Part shown: in pieces, positions 48,125 through 57,321 of the stretch
Layout: each line of letters starts with the position of its first letter
Numbering within the stretch: the stretch's first letter is position 1
NCBI GenBank assembly: GCA_016281315.1
Contig: JAEEIJ010000073.1
Coordinates: 8,651 to 72,650, forward strand
Direction: 5' to 3'
Length of the DNA: 64,000 nucleotides
Source: Bacteroidales bacterium
GTDB lineage: Bacteria > Bacteroidota > Bacteroidia > Bacteroidales > UBA932
The notes under the pieces: model-generated
Told to the model about the DNA's origin: nothing
Database searches by the model: none
What the model saw: the letters and a program-made list of their open reading frames with translations, nothing else
Made by a program: the position numbers and the translations under genes

Positions 48125-48592
48125 ATGGCAATTGAAATGATGACCCAGGCCGGTTTGGACAAGCTGAAACAGGAACTGGCCGATGCACTGGCCCAGCGGC
48201 CGGTGATCTCCGCTGCCATCGCGGAGGCCCGCGAGAAAGGCGACCTCTCGGAGAATGCGGAGTACGATGCGGCCCGCGACGCGCAGGGTCTGCTGGAAGT
48301 GAAGATCGCCCGCCTCAAGGAAAAGGTGGCGAACGCCCGCGTGATCGACGAGAGCCGTCTCTCCACAGACACCGTGCAGCTGCTCACCAAGGTGAAGGTG
48401 AAGAACCTTTCGGCCAAGATGGTAATGAACTTCCAGATTGTGCCGGAGAGCGAGGCCGATTTTGCAAAGGGCCTTCTCGCCGCCACCACCCCCATCGCCA
48501 AGGCCCTCATCGGCCACGGCAAGGGAGAGATTGTGGAGGCCAAAGTCCCCAGCGGTGTGATGAAGTTCGAAATCCTGGACATTTCCCTGTAA
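48125..48592 (+). CDS. greA: Transcription elongation factor GreA
   Basis: EAREKGDLSENAEYDAA, PIAKALIG. Confidence 0.95.
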   Translation: MAIEMMTQAGLDKLKQELADALAQRPVISAAIAEAREKGDLSENAEYDAARDAQGLLEVKIARLKEKVANARVIDESRLSTDTVQLLTKVKVKNLSAKMVMNFQIVPESEADFAKGLLAATTPIAKALIGHGKGEIVEAKVPSGVMKFEILDISL

Positions 48593-48593
48593 G

Positions 48594-48998
48594 ATGGCTA
48601 CCATTTTCACCCGCATCGCCCAGGGCGAGATTCCTTCCTACAAATGCGCGGAGAGCGAGGATTTCTACGCTTTCCTGGACATTTCCCCGCTCGCGAAGGG
48701 TCACACCCTCGTCATCCCCAAACACGTGGAGGACGACTACATCTTCCACCTGGACCAGAAGACCTACGAAGGCCTGTGGGCCTTTGCCCGCAAGGTGGCC
48801 GTAGCACTGAAAAACGCCGTCCCGTGCAAGCGGGTGGGCGTTGCCGTGCTGGGCATGGAAGTCCCGCACACGCACATCCACCTGGTGCCGCTCCAGACGG
48901 AAGGGGATATGGATTTCCGCAAGGCCAAGCTCCAGCTGCAGCCCGAAGAAATGGCCGGCATCGCCGCCAAAATCTTCTCCGAATATGAAAAGCTTTAA
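48594..48998 (+). CDS. HIT family nucleotide hydrolase
   Basis: GHTLVIPK and HTHIHLVP histidine triad. Confidence 0.92.
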   Translation: MATIFTRIAQGEIPSYKCAESEDFYAFLDISPLAKGHTLVIPKHVEDDYIFHLDQKTYEGLWAFARKVAVALKNAVPCKRVGVAVLGMEVPHTHIHLVPLQTEGDMDFRKAKLQLQPEEMAGIAAKIFSEYEKL

Positions 48999-50094
48999 AT
49001 GGATAGCGGGCCTGGCCGCGCTCGTGCTCGCGGTTGCCTGCGAGGGCAATACCTTCATTGAAGGCGAGCTGCACGAAGGCGCCGGGGAAAAAGTGATTCT
49101 CAAACTCCTGGACGTGAACCGTTTCCAGGTGCTGGATACCCTCCAGACGGAGGCCGATGGCTCCTTCGGCTATTCCCTGGAGCTGGAGGATGGAAAGCCC
49201 GAGTTCGTCTATCTCTTCTACGGGGAGCGTCAGATTGCCTCCCTGCTGCTGCAGAAGGGCGATAAGGTAACGGTACATACCGACACCCTGGGCCTCTATA
49301 GCGTGGAAGGCTCCGAGGAATCCCTGAAACTCCAGAAGGTGGAGCGCGAATACGGCAAGTTCCTCCGCGAAATGCGGAAAATCGTCACCACCGAACGTTT
49401 CCCGGACAAGGACCTCTCCCGCTGTTATGTGGATTATTACCGGAACCGCCTGAAGTATGTGGTGGAGAACTGCCACTCGCTCACCGTGGTGCCCGTCCTG
49501 TTCCAGCAGGTGAATCCCTCGCTGCCGGTGTTCAGCCAGCCTACCGACGGAATCATTATGCGCAGCATTGCGGATTCCCTCAAAACCCTTTATCCGCAGT
49601 CCCGCTATGTGAAGGCGCTGGAGAAGGAATCGGCCCGCCGTATCGGCCGGATGGGCGTGGAGGCCAAACTTCAGAATGCGCAGGAGGTGGGCTTCGTGGA
49701 CATCGCCCTGCCTTCGATGGAGGGGAAGAGCGTGAAGCTGAGCGAATCGCTGGGGAAGATGACCCTCCTCTATTTCTGGGCATCGACGGCCGAACTGAAG
49801 ATGTTCAACCTGGATGCCCTCATGCCGCTGTATGAGGAGTTCCATGGGAAGGGCTTCGAGATTTACGCCGTTTCGCTGGACAGCGACAAGACAGCCTGGG
49901 CCCGTGCCGTGCGCAACCAGAAACTGCCCTGGGTGAACGTCTGTGATACCCGCGGGGTGCAGTCTCCTTACATCGGCTCCTATGGGATTGGCGCCCTCCC
50001 GATGATGTGGATGCTGAACGGCGATGCCATCGACCCTGACTTCGAAGCCGGCAGTCTGGAGGAAATCCGCCGCTATCTTCGCCGGAAACTCTAA
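48985..50094 (+). CDS. TlpA/AhpC-TSA-like lipoprotein lacking the CxxC motif
   Basis: Start re-called at MKSFKWIAG; lipobox AVAC; LLYFWAST, FEIYAVSLD, LPWVNVCD. Confidence 0.75.
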   Translation: MKSFKWIAGLAALVLAVACEGNTFIEGELHEGAGEKVILKLLDVNRFQVLDTLQTEADGSFGYSLELEDGKPEFVYLFYGERQIASLLLQKGDKVTVHTDTLGLYSVEGSEESLKLQKVEREYGKFLREMRKIVTTERFPDKDLSRCYVDYYRNRLKYVVENCHSLTVVPVLFQQVNPSLPVFSQPTDGIIMRSIADSLKTLYPQSRYVKALEKESARRIGRMGVEAKLQNAQEVGFVDIALPSMEGKSVKLSESLGKMTLLYFWASTAELKMFNLDALMPLYEEFHGKGFEIYAVSLDSDKTAWARAVRNQKLPWVNVCDTRGVQSPYIGSYGIGALPMMWMLNGDAIDPDFEAGSLEEIRRYLRRKL

Positions 50095-50114
50095 TCCCTT
50101 TCCGTTTCCCCTAA

Positions 50115-50318
50115 GGTGGACCAGGTCCAAGCCATTTTTGGACCTGGTCCACTTCATATCTGGACGAGGTTCGATTTAAGCCCCTGGACCAGGTCCAGCT
50201 ACATTGAACTACAGGTGTCTGGAAGGCACAACCGGTGGACCAGGTCCAGCACCTAAAAGTAAACCTCGTCCAAAAATGAGAAAGACCTCGTCCAAAAATG
50301 CTCTGGACCAGGTCCACC
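50115..50318. repeat. Mirror-symmetric array of eight 13-bp palindromic sites (MITE-like)
   Basis: TGGACCWGGTCCA or degenerate TGGACGAGGT sites starting at 50117, 50139, 50161, 50185, 50236, 50260, 50282, 50304. Confidence 0.85.
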
Positions 50319-50325
50319 AAACAAA

Positions 50326-51003
50326 TCAAAACAGCTTTTTCCGGGAAACGGTAGCTACGAAATCTTTCAGATAGAATGGTTCGAAGTACGCAATGTCTTC
50401 GAACCTTTTTTCTTCCCAGGCTTTCTGCGCCAGAATTGCCATAGCGGCAACATCCGGCCAGGATTCCTGAAACTGCGCATGGGGATGGGTGATGACTTCG
50501 CGGCACTTGAGGGCGCCGTCGCCCGTGAAAAGGACGGGACCCTGCGCCAATTCATCGGCGAAGGAATCCGGGCCCACGACTTTGGCCTCTACCGGTGTGA
50601 GCCGACGGCCGTCGGCCGAGTAAACGGCCGTATAGACTTCCATCCTGCGGGCGTCGATCATGGGAACGATATAACGGAAAGCCTCCGGATTATGGTTGCT
50701 GGCCACGATGTCCAGCGTGCCGACGGCGATAAGCGGAATCCCAGCCCCGAAAGACAGTCCTTTTGCCGTGGAAACGCCCACCCGAAGGCCGGTATACGAA
50801 CCGGGGCCGGAACTGACGCAGACGGCGTCGCAGTCGGCCACGCCAAGGCCTTGGCTATGAAGCACTTCCTGGACCAGCGGTGCCGTGAGGGATGCCTGCC
50901 GGCGGGGTTCATCGCAGGTGCGGGAGGCTACTACCGTACCATTATGGGCCAGGCCTATGGAAAGCCTGGCGGTGGCGGTGTCTATGAGGAGAATTCTTGC
51001 CAT
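50326..51003 (-). CDS. tsaB: tRNA threonylcarbamoyladenosine biosynthesis protein TsaB
   Basis: IDTAT, GPGSYTGLRVG, IDARRMEVY. Confidence 0.93.
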   Translation of the reverse strand: MARILLIDTATARLSIGLAHNGTVVASRTCDEPRRQASLTAPLVQEVLHSQGLGVADCDAVCVSSGPGSYTGLRVGVSTAKGLSFGAGIPLIAVGTLDIVASNHNPEAFRYIVPMIDARRMEVYTAVYSADGRRLTPVEAKVVGPDSFADELAQGPVLFTGDGALKCREVITHPHAQFQESWPDVAAMAILAQKAWEEKRFEDIAYFEPFYLKDFVATVSRKKLF

Positions 51004-51004
51004 A

Positions 51005-51511
51005 CTATACTGCCGGGGCGGCCAGGCTGGCCAGTTCCTTCAGGTAGGGGAACACCCAGTAGCCCAGGTCCTTGAGGGGGCCGTAGAGGAACGAGTCGTC
51101 CAGAACCGACTGCTGCACCAGCTCGAATTTTCCGTTGAGGGTGTCGAAGAGAATGGCCAGAAGCCCCAGGATCAGGGCCGATACAGCCAGGGAGAAAACC
51201 AGCCCCAGCAGGCGGTTGATCCAGCCCAGGGAGGCCATCTCCACGGCCTTGGTGATGAGTTTCGCAACGAGCATCACCAGGATGAGTACAGCAATCAGAA
51301 GCACGGCGAAGCCCAGGATGCGAAGGACCGTGTCCGAGACCTGGATGTACTGCGCGATCCAGTCGCAGACCGGCTGCGAAAAATGGTAGGCCGCATAGAC
51401 GCTCAGGAGAATTCCGCCCAGGGAAATCACCTGCTCCAGAAGGCCTTTGGAAAGCCCGCGGATGGCCCCGGGGATGAACAGGACCAACAGAATGATATCC
51501 AAAGTGCTCAT
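51005..51511 (-). CDS. cvpA: CvpA family membrane protein
   Basis: Start re-called at MSTLDIIL; RGLSKG, LGWINRLLG; several TM helices. Confidence 0.85.
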   Translation of the reverse strand: MSTLDIILLVLFIPGAIRGLSKGLLEQVISLGGILLSVYAAYHFSQPVCDWIAQYIQVSDTVLRILGFAVLLIAVLILVMLVAKLITKAVEMASLGWINRLLGLVFSLAVSALILGLLAILFDTLNGKFELVQQSVLDDSFLYGPLKDLGYWVFPYLKELASLAAPAV

Positions 51512-51535
51512 ATTGCCAATCTCAGTTAAAATCAT

Positions 51536-51572
51536 TATCTTTGCAAACCTATAGTTACGCACTGCAAAATTA
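51536..51572. promoter_or_regulatory. Face-to-face promoters for ileS (+, TATCTTTG) and cvpA (-, TAATTTTG)
   Basis: TAnnTTTG at 51536-51543 (+) and 51565-51572 (-). Confidence 0.6.
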
Positions 51573-51582
51573 AGAAAATTAT

Positions 51583-54500
51583 ATGACTTTCAAGGAATAT
51601 AAGGGGCTCGATCTCACAGCCGCCGGCCGTGAGGTTCTGGAAAGATGGAAGCGTATGCACGCGTTCGAGCGTTCGCTCGAGCTGCGCGAGGACGCCCCTT
51701 CCTTCATTTTCTTCGAAGGTCCCCCCAGCGCCAACGGAATGCCGGGCATCCACCACGTGATGGCCCGTTCCATCAAGGACGCCATCTGCCGCTACAAAAC
51801 GCAGACGGGCTTCAAGGTGGCGCGCCGCGCCGGCTGGGACACGCACGGTCTCCCCGTGGAACTGGGCGTGGAGAAGAAGCTGGGCATCACCAAGGCCGAT
51901 ATTGGCACGAAGGTCTCCGTAGAGCAGTACAACGCCACCTGCCGCAAGGAGGTGATGAAATATACCGCCGAATGGGTGAATATGACCGAGCGGGTAGGGT
52001 ATTGGGTGGATATGAACGACCCCTACATCACCTACGACAACCGCTACATCGAAACCCTGTGGTATCTCCTCAAGAAAATCTACGACAAAGGGCTGCTCTA
52101 TAAGGGGTATACCATCCAGCCCTATTCTCCCACGGACGGGACGGGCCTCAGCTCGCACGAGCTCAACCAGCCCGGCTGCTACAAGGATGTGAGCGACACC
52201 ACCGCCACGGTGCAGTTCGAGCTCATCAAGGACGGGAAGTCCCAGCCGCTCTTCGGCACCTACGTCTTCCCGGTCTACATCCTGGCCTGGACCACCACGC
52301 CCTGGACGCTTCCGTCCAATACGGCGCTCTGCGTGGGTCCGGACATCGAATACGTCCGCGTCCTGTCGCTGAACCCCTACACCGCGCAGCCTTGTATTTA
52401 TGTGCTGGCGAAGGATCTTGTGACCGCGTGGTTCAACCCGCAGGGTGAGAACGTGCCGCTGGAAAGCTTTCAGAAGGGCGATAAGATTGTCCCCTGGAAG
52501 CAGCTGGGCGGCAGCTGGAAGGGAAGCGAACTGGTGGGCATCCGCTACCGGCAGCTCATCCCCTGGTTCCGTCCGGACGGCGACGCCTTCCGCGTCATCG
52601 CGGGGGACTACGTAACCACCAGCGACGGTACCGGCATCGTGCACATCGCCCCCACTTTCGGCGCGGACGACAAGCGCGTGGCCGCGGCGGCGGGCATCGG
52701 CGCCATTATGCCCCTGGACAAGGACGGCAATCCGCAGGCGCAGGTGGACCGCCAGGGCCGCTTTATGCGCCTGGAAGATATGGATCCGGCCTTCGCCGCC
52801 ACCGTGGATCCCTCCTATAAAGAGTATTCGGGCCGATATGTTAAGGCCGGCTACAAGGAATACTTCGAGCACGAGCCCGAGGAAGGCACCCTGGATATCG
52901 ACCTCTGCGTGATGATGAAGGCCGACGGCCGCGCCTTCAAGGTGCAGAAGCACGTGCACAGCTATCCCCACAGCTGGCGCACGGACCTCCCGGTGCTGTA
53001 CTACCCGCTGGACAGCTGGTTCATCAAGGCATCGGCCGTGAAGGACGAAATGGTGGCCCTGAACAAGGAGATCACCTGGAAGCCCGCCAGCACCGGCACC
53101 GGCCGCTTCGGCCAGTGGCTGGAGAACATCCAGGACTGGAACCTGAGCCGCTCCCGCTACTGGGGCACGCCGCTGCCCATCTGGCGCACGGAGGACGGCA
53201 GGGAAGAGAAATGTATCGGCTCGGTGGCGGAGCTTTACGCGGAGATCGAAAAGGCGGTCGCCGCCGGCGTGATGCCTTCCAATCCGCTGAAGGACAAGGG
53301 CTTCGACCCGGCCGATATGTCCCTGGAGAACTACGAGAAGATCGACCTTCACCGGCCCTATGTGGACGGCATTTTCCTGGTGAGCGACTCCGGTAAGAAG
53401 ATGACCCGCGAGAGCGACCTCATCGACGTCTGGTTCGATTCCGGCGCGATGCCCTACGCCCAGGAAGGCCTCAGGAACCTCGGCTCGCCGGCGTTCGGCG
53501 CCACGGCGGATTTCATCGCGGAAGGCGTGGACCAGACGCGCGGGTGGTTCTACACCCTGCACGCCATCCACACGATGATCAGCGGTACGCCCGCCTTCAA
53601 ACGCGTGATTTCCAACGGCCTGGTGCTGGACAAGAACGGCAACAAGATGTCCAAGCGTCTGGGCAACGCCGTGGATCCCTTCTGGGCCCTGGACACCTAT
53701 GGGGCCGATGCCCTGCGCTGGTATATGCTCACCAACGCGGAGCCCTGGGACAACCTCAAATTCGACGAAAAAGGCGTGGACGAAGTACGGCGCAAGTTCT
53801 TCGGCACGCTCTATAATACCTATGCCTTCTTTGCCCGGTATGCCAACATTGATGGGTGGAAGGAACCGTCACAGCCCGTCACCGAACTGGACCTTTGGAT
53901 CATTTCCCGCCTCAACACGGTGATCCGGGACGTGAGGGCGGCGTACGAGGACTACGACGTAAAGACCGCCGGGCGCATCCTGGAGGCCTTCGTCTGCGAC
54001 GACGTCTCCAACTGGTACGTCCGCCTGAACCGCGCCCGCTACTGGGCCGGCGAGATGACGTCCGATAAAAAGGCCGCCTACAGCACGCTGTACGAGGTCC
54101 TAAAGACCGTCGCCGTGCTGGCTGCGCCCATCGCGCCGTTCTATATGGACCAGCTCTATTGCGACCTCACCGGAGAAGAGTCTGTGCATTTCACCCTGAT
54201 GCCATCGGCCCGTGAAAGCGTCATCGACGCCGCGCTGGAAGAGAGGATGGCGCTGGCCCAGCAGGCCACTTCGCTGGTCCTCGGTATCCGCAAGAAGGTG
54301 AACATCCCGGTGCGTCAGCCGCTGCAGAAGGTCATCATTCCCGTCATCAGCGAGAAGGTGCGCGCGCAGCTGGAGTCCGTGAAAGGCATCGTCCTCGCGG
54401 AAGTGAACGTGAAGGAGATGGAGTTCATGGCCGATACCACCGGCTTCCTCACCCTCCGCATCAAACCCAACTTCAAGGTGCTGGGCAAGACCTACGGCGC

Positions 54501-54993
54501 CCGGATGAAGGAAATCGCCGCCGCCTTCGGCTCGCTGCCGCAGGGGGTGATCGCCGAAATCCAGCAGGCAGAATCGGCCCTCCAGGCCTATACGCTCGAG
54601 CTTCCGGGCGGTCCCGTGGTGCTGAACCCCGGGGACTACGCCATCGCCTCCGAGGACGTCCCCGGCTGGCAGGTGGCCTCCGAAGGCTCGCTCACCGTGG
54701 CGCTGGACATCGAGGTCACCGAGGAACTCCGCCGCGAAGGCCTCGCCCGCGAACTGGTGAACCGCATCCAGAACCTCCGCAAGAGCTCCGGCTTCGAGGT
54801 GACGGACCGCATCAGCACCGTCGTCTACGCCGACGACCCCGCCCTGGCCGATGCCCTGCAGGCTTTCGGCGACTATGTGAAATCCCAGACCCTGTCCCTT
54901 TCCATCGGCCTGAAACCTTTCGGGGAAGCCCCCGCGGAGGCCGCCGAGGTAGAGTGGACGGAGGGAACCATCAAGATAACCGTAAAACGCTAA
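51583..54993 (+). CDS. ileS: Isoleucine--tRNA ligase (type 2)
   Basis: GPPSANGMPGIHH, WTTTPWTL, SRSRYWGTP, KMSKR. Confidence 0.96.
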   Translation: MTFKEYKGLDLTAAGREVLERWKRMHAFERSLELREDAPSFIFFEGPPSANGMPGIHHVMARSIKDAICRYKTQTGFKVARRAGWDTHGLPVELGVEKKLGITKADIGTKVSVEQYNATCRKEVMKYTAEWVNMTERVGYWVDMNDPYITYDNRYIETLWYLLKKIYDKGLLYKGYTIQPYSPTDGTGLSSHELNQPGCYKDVSDTTATVQFELIKDGKSQPLFGTYVFPVYILAWTTTPWTLPSNTALCVGPDIEYVRVLSLNPYTAQPCIYVLAKDLVTAWFNPQGENVPLESFQKGDKIVPWKQLGGSWKGSELVGIRYRQLIPWFRPDGDAFRVIAGDYVTTSDGTGIVHIAPTFGADDKRVAAAAGIGAIMPLDKDGNPQAQVDRQGRFMRLEDMDPAFAATVDPSYKEYSGRYVKAGYKEYFEHEPEEGTLDIDLCVMMKADGRAFKVQKHVHSYPHSWRTDLPVLYYPLDSWFIKASAVKDEMVALNKEITWKPASTGTGRFGQWLENIQDWNLSRSRYWGTPLPIWRTEDGREEKCIGSVAELYAEIEKAVAAGVMPSNPLKDKGFDPADMSLENYEKIDLHRPYVDGIFLVSDSGKKMTRESDLIDVWFDSGAMPYAQEGLRNLGSPAFGATADFIAEGVDQTRGWFYTLHAIHTMISGTPAFKRVISNGLVLDKNGNKMSKRLGNAVDPFWALDTYGADALRWYMLTNAEPWDNLKFDEKGVDEVRRKFFGTLYNTYAFFARYANIDGWKEPSQPVTELDLWIISRLNTVIRDVRAAYEDYDVKTAGRILEAFVCDDVSNWYVRLNRARYWAGEMTSDKKAAYSTLYEVLKTVAVLAAPIAPFYMDQLYCDLTGEESVHFTLMPSARESVIDAALEERMALAQQATSLVLGIRKKVNIPVRQPLQKVIIPVISEKVRAQLESVKGIVLAEVNVKEMEFMADTTGFLTLRIKPNFKVLGKTYGARMKEIAAAFGSLPQGVIAEIQQAESALQAYTLELPGGPVVLNPGDYAIASEDVPGWQVASEGSLTVALDIEVTEELRREGLARELVNRIQNLRKSSGFEVTDRISTVVYADDPALADALQAFGDYVKSQTLSLSIGLKPFGEAPAEAAEVEWTEGTIKITVKR

Positions 54994-54997
54994 TATT

Positions 54998-55399
54998 ATG
55001 GAAGAGAACAACAAAACCCGCTATTCTGACGAAGAACTCGAGGAGTTCCGCGTCATTATCAACGAGATGTTGGATAAGGCCCGCGCGGAGTACGCCACCC
55101 TGCGCGAGGTGATGACACACGCCGGCGGCAACGATATCCTGGATACCGCTCCCACGTTCAAGACCGTGGAGGACGACGGCGCCTTCCAGCTTTCCAAGGA
55201 AGAGGCCGGCGCCCTGGCCCAGCGTCAGTACAAGTTCATCCAGAACCTGGAAGCCGCCCTGGTGCGCATCGAGAACAAGACCTATGGCATCTGCCGCGTC
55301 ACCGGCAAGCTCATCCCCAAGGAGCGTCTGCGCCTGGTGCCGCACGCCACCACCACCGTGGAGGGCAAGGCTATTCTGGAAAAGACCGGCCGTAAGTAA
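54998..55399 (+). CDS. TraR/DksA family regulator
   Basis: ALVRIENKTYGICRVTGKLIPKERL..VPHAT. Confidence 0.88.
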   Translation: MEENNKTRYSDEELEEFRVIINEMLDKARAEYATLREVMTHAGGNDILDTAPTFKTVEDDGAFQLSKEEAGALAQRQYKFIQNLEAALVRIENKTYGICRVTGKLIPKERLRLVPHATTTVEGKAILEKTGRK

Positions 55400-55989
55400 T
55401 GAAAAAAGGCAAAGCGCTTATCATTCTGGGCGTTTTGCTCGTGGTGATTGACCAGGTCATCAAGGTCCTGGTCAAGACCCATATGACCCTGGGGGAGAGC
55501 ATCCCCGTGCTGGGGAACTGGTTCCAGCTGCTGTTCGTGGAGAACAAGGGGATGGCCTTCGGGATGTCCTTCGGCGGGGTGATCGGGAAGTATGCCCTCA
55601 CCTTTTTCCGCCTGGTCCTGTTCGGCTTCCTGTGCTGGTGGATCGCGAAGCTCCTGAAAGGGGAGAAGAAGGTCCCCACGGGCGTTTTCATCGGCCTCAC
55701 GCTCATCACGGCCGGCGCCTTCGGGAACATCGTCGACTGCCTGTGCTACGGACTCATCTTCAGCGAATCCACCTACGACACGGTGGCCACCCTGGGCTCC
55801 TACGCCCCCATTATGCAGGGGAAGGTGGTGGATATGTTCTACTTCCCTCTCTGGACCTGGCCGGACTGGGTCCCGTGGCTGGGCGGGCACATCTTCTTCG
55901 AGCCTGTCTTCAATTTTGCCGATAGCTGCGTCACCTGCGGCGCCATTTATCTACTTCTTTTCCACTGGAAGTTTTTTGCGAAGGAATAG
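55399..55989 (+). CDS. lspA: Lipoprotein signal peptidase II
   Basis: DQVIK, ENKGMAFG, GAFGNIVD, VVDM, FNFAD. Confidence 0.93.
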   Translation: MKKGKALIILGVLLVVIDQVIKVLVKTHMTLGESIPVLGNWFQLLFVENKGMAFGMSFGGVIGKYALTFFRLVLFGFLCWWIAKLLKGEKKVPTGVFIGLTLITAGAFGNIVDCLCYGLIFSESTYDTVATLGSYAPIMQGKVVDMFYFPLWTWPDWVPWLGGHIFFEPVFNFADSCVTCGAIYLLLFHWKFFAKE

Positions 55990-56010
55990 ATCTTCGCCGG
56001 GCACGCCGGC

Positions 56011-56895
56011 CTATGCGGGAATGGGCAGCCGGAAGAGCCCGTCCTGTCCCTGGATGTAGAAATATCGGCCCCGGCGGGAAATGTCCTCGAATTCGCCGGT
56101 GGTGACCTCCGAGAGGTCCAGCGCACGCATACTGCGCTCTTTCAGGTCCCAGATGTAGACGATGGACGGCTTCTCGGGCTTTCCGAGGCCCGTAGGCATA
56201 TACAGCTCACCTTTATAAATATACAACCCCTGGCCCACCGGATTGAAGCGGAAGGCCGATACCTCCTCGATGAGGTAGTTCTCAAGGGCGTCCTCCGGTT
56301 TCAGCGTAACAAAAGGGCCGTCGGCGAGGCGCGGGAGGCGGAATTTGATGATGCGGTGGCGGTTGTCCGGGTCGTCGTTATTGATGGTGTTCCCGTAGCC
56401 GTAGAGCATCTTTTCCTCCGGGTCCACCACCCACTGCAGGGCATAGCCGAAGTCCTGGTTCACATCGTCGTAAAAGATGGTCTGCACCAGTTCTGAGCCG
56501 CTGAAATCCGGCAGGATGCGTTCCACGTACAGCAGATCCTTCTTCCCGTCGATAGGTTTCTTGTGACACTGGCTGATGCAAGCAACGGGCAGCGGGTCGC
56601 TTTCCAAGGCCTTTTCCACGCCGAAACTCACCACGTTGGCGTGGTTGTGTTTGTGGAAAGAGGCCAGGTGAAACTGGCTCAGAAGGGGATACTTCCCGTT
56701 GTTTTTGATCCGGTAAATGCTGGCGATGCCCTGGTTCTGGCAGCTGAGCATATAGTTGCCGTGGATGTCCATACCCTGATAGGCATAACCGCGTTCTCCG
56801 CTGTTTTCTCCCTGGAGCGGCCCCAGGAATACTACTTGGTTTTGTGTACAGGCGGCCAGGATAACGGCTGCGGCCAGGAGTTTGATGCTGCGCAT
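56011..56895 (-). CDS. Hypothetical lipoprotein
   Basis: Lipobox LAAC; own TACCTTTG promoter at 56917-56924. Confidence 0.7.
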   Translation of the reverse strand: MRSIKLLAAAVILAACTQNQVVFLGPLQGENSGERGYAYQGMDIHGNYMLSCQNQGIASIYRIKNNGKYPLLSQFHLASFHKHNHANVVSFGVEKALESDPLPVACISQCHKKPIDGKKDLLYVERILPDFSGSELVQTIFYDDVNQDFGYALQWVVDPEEKMLYGYGNTINNDDPDNRHRIIKFRLPRLADGPFVTLKPEDALENYLIEEVSAFRFNPVGQGLYIYKGELYMPTGLGKPEKPSIVYIWDLKERSMRALDLSEVTTGEFEDISRRGRYFYIQGQDGLFRLPIPA

Positions 56896-57051
56896 AGGTC
56901 TTGAGAATTATTCTTTCAAAGGTAACAATTTTTGCGGGAAAAAGATAAGACCGTCCCCGCGGAGAATTCTTCCATACGCTCTGGCTGGAAGGCTAAAGTT
57001 TATTGAAGTTTTTCGCGAAAGATTTTTTTTATTAAATTTGCAGTCCTTTTC

Positions 57052-57139
57052 GGAGGTGTGGCCGAGTGGTCGATGGCGGCAGTCTTGAAAACTGTTGTAC
57101 GGCGACGTACCGGGGGTTCGAATCCCTCCGCCTCCGCCA
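57052..57139 (+). tRNA. tRNA-Ser (TGA), CCA encoded
   Basis: GGAGGTG...GCAGT-CTTGAAA-ACTGT, long variable arm, GGTTCGAATCC, ...CGCCTCC-G-CCA; TAAATTTG promoter at 57033. Confidence 0.96.
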
Positions 57140-57198
57140 TAAAAAAAAATATTTGGTAGTTTCCTCAAAAGATACTACCTTTGCAATCCCCAAAGGAC

Positions 57199-57273
57199 AG
57201 GGGCGTAGCTCAGCTGGTTTAGAGCGCTTCAGTCACATTGAAGAGGTCATCGGTTCGAATCCGATCGTCCCTA
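57199..57273 (+). tRNA. tRNA-Val (CAC)
   Basis: AGGGGCG-TAGCTCAG...CTTCA-GTCACAT-TGAAG...GGTTCGAATCC...CGTCCCT-A; TACCTTTG promoter at 57176. Confidence 0.92.
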
Positions 57274-57277
57274 CAAG

Positions 57278-57306
57278 AAAAAGCATCCAAACGGATGCTT
57301 TTTTTT
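57278..57306 (+). terminator. Rho-independent terminator after tRNA-Val
   Basis: AAAAAGCATCC-aaac-GGATGCTTTTTTTT. Confidence 0.8.
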
Positions 57307-57321
57307 GTATATTTGCACTAT

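Noticed and set aside
50115-50318. CRISPR array interpretation
   Set aside because: Repeats are 13 bp with 9-11 bp spacers, arranged in mirror symmetry, and there are no cas genes.
50111-50506. 131-aa ORF with repeated WTWS crossing the palindromic array
   Set aside because: Translation artefact of the TGGACCTGGTCCA repeats; overlaps tsaB out of frame.
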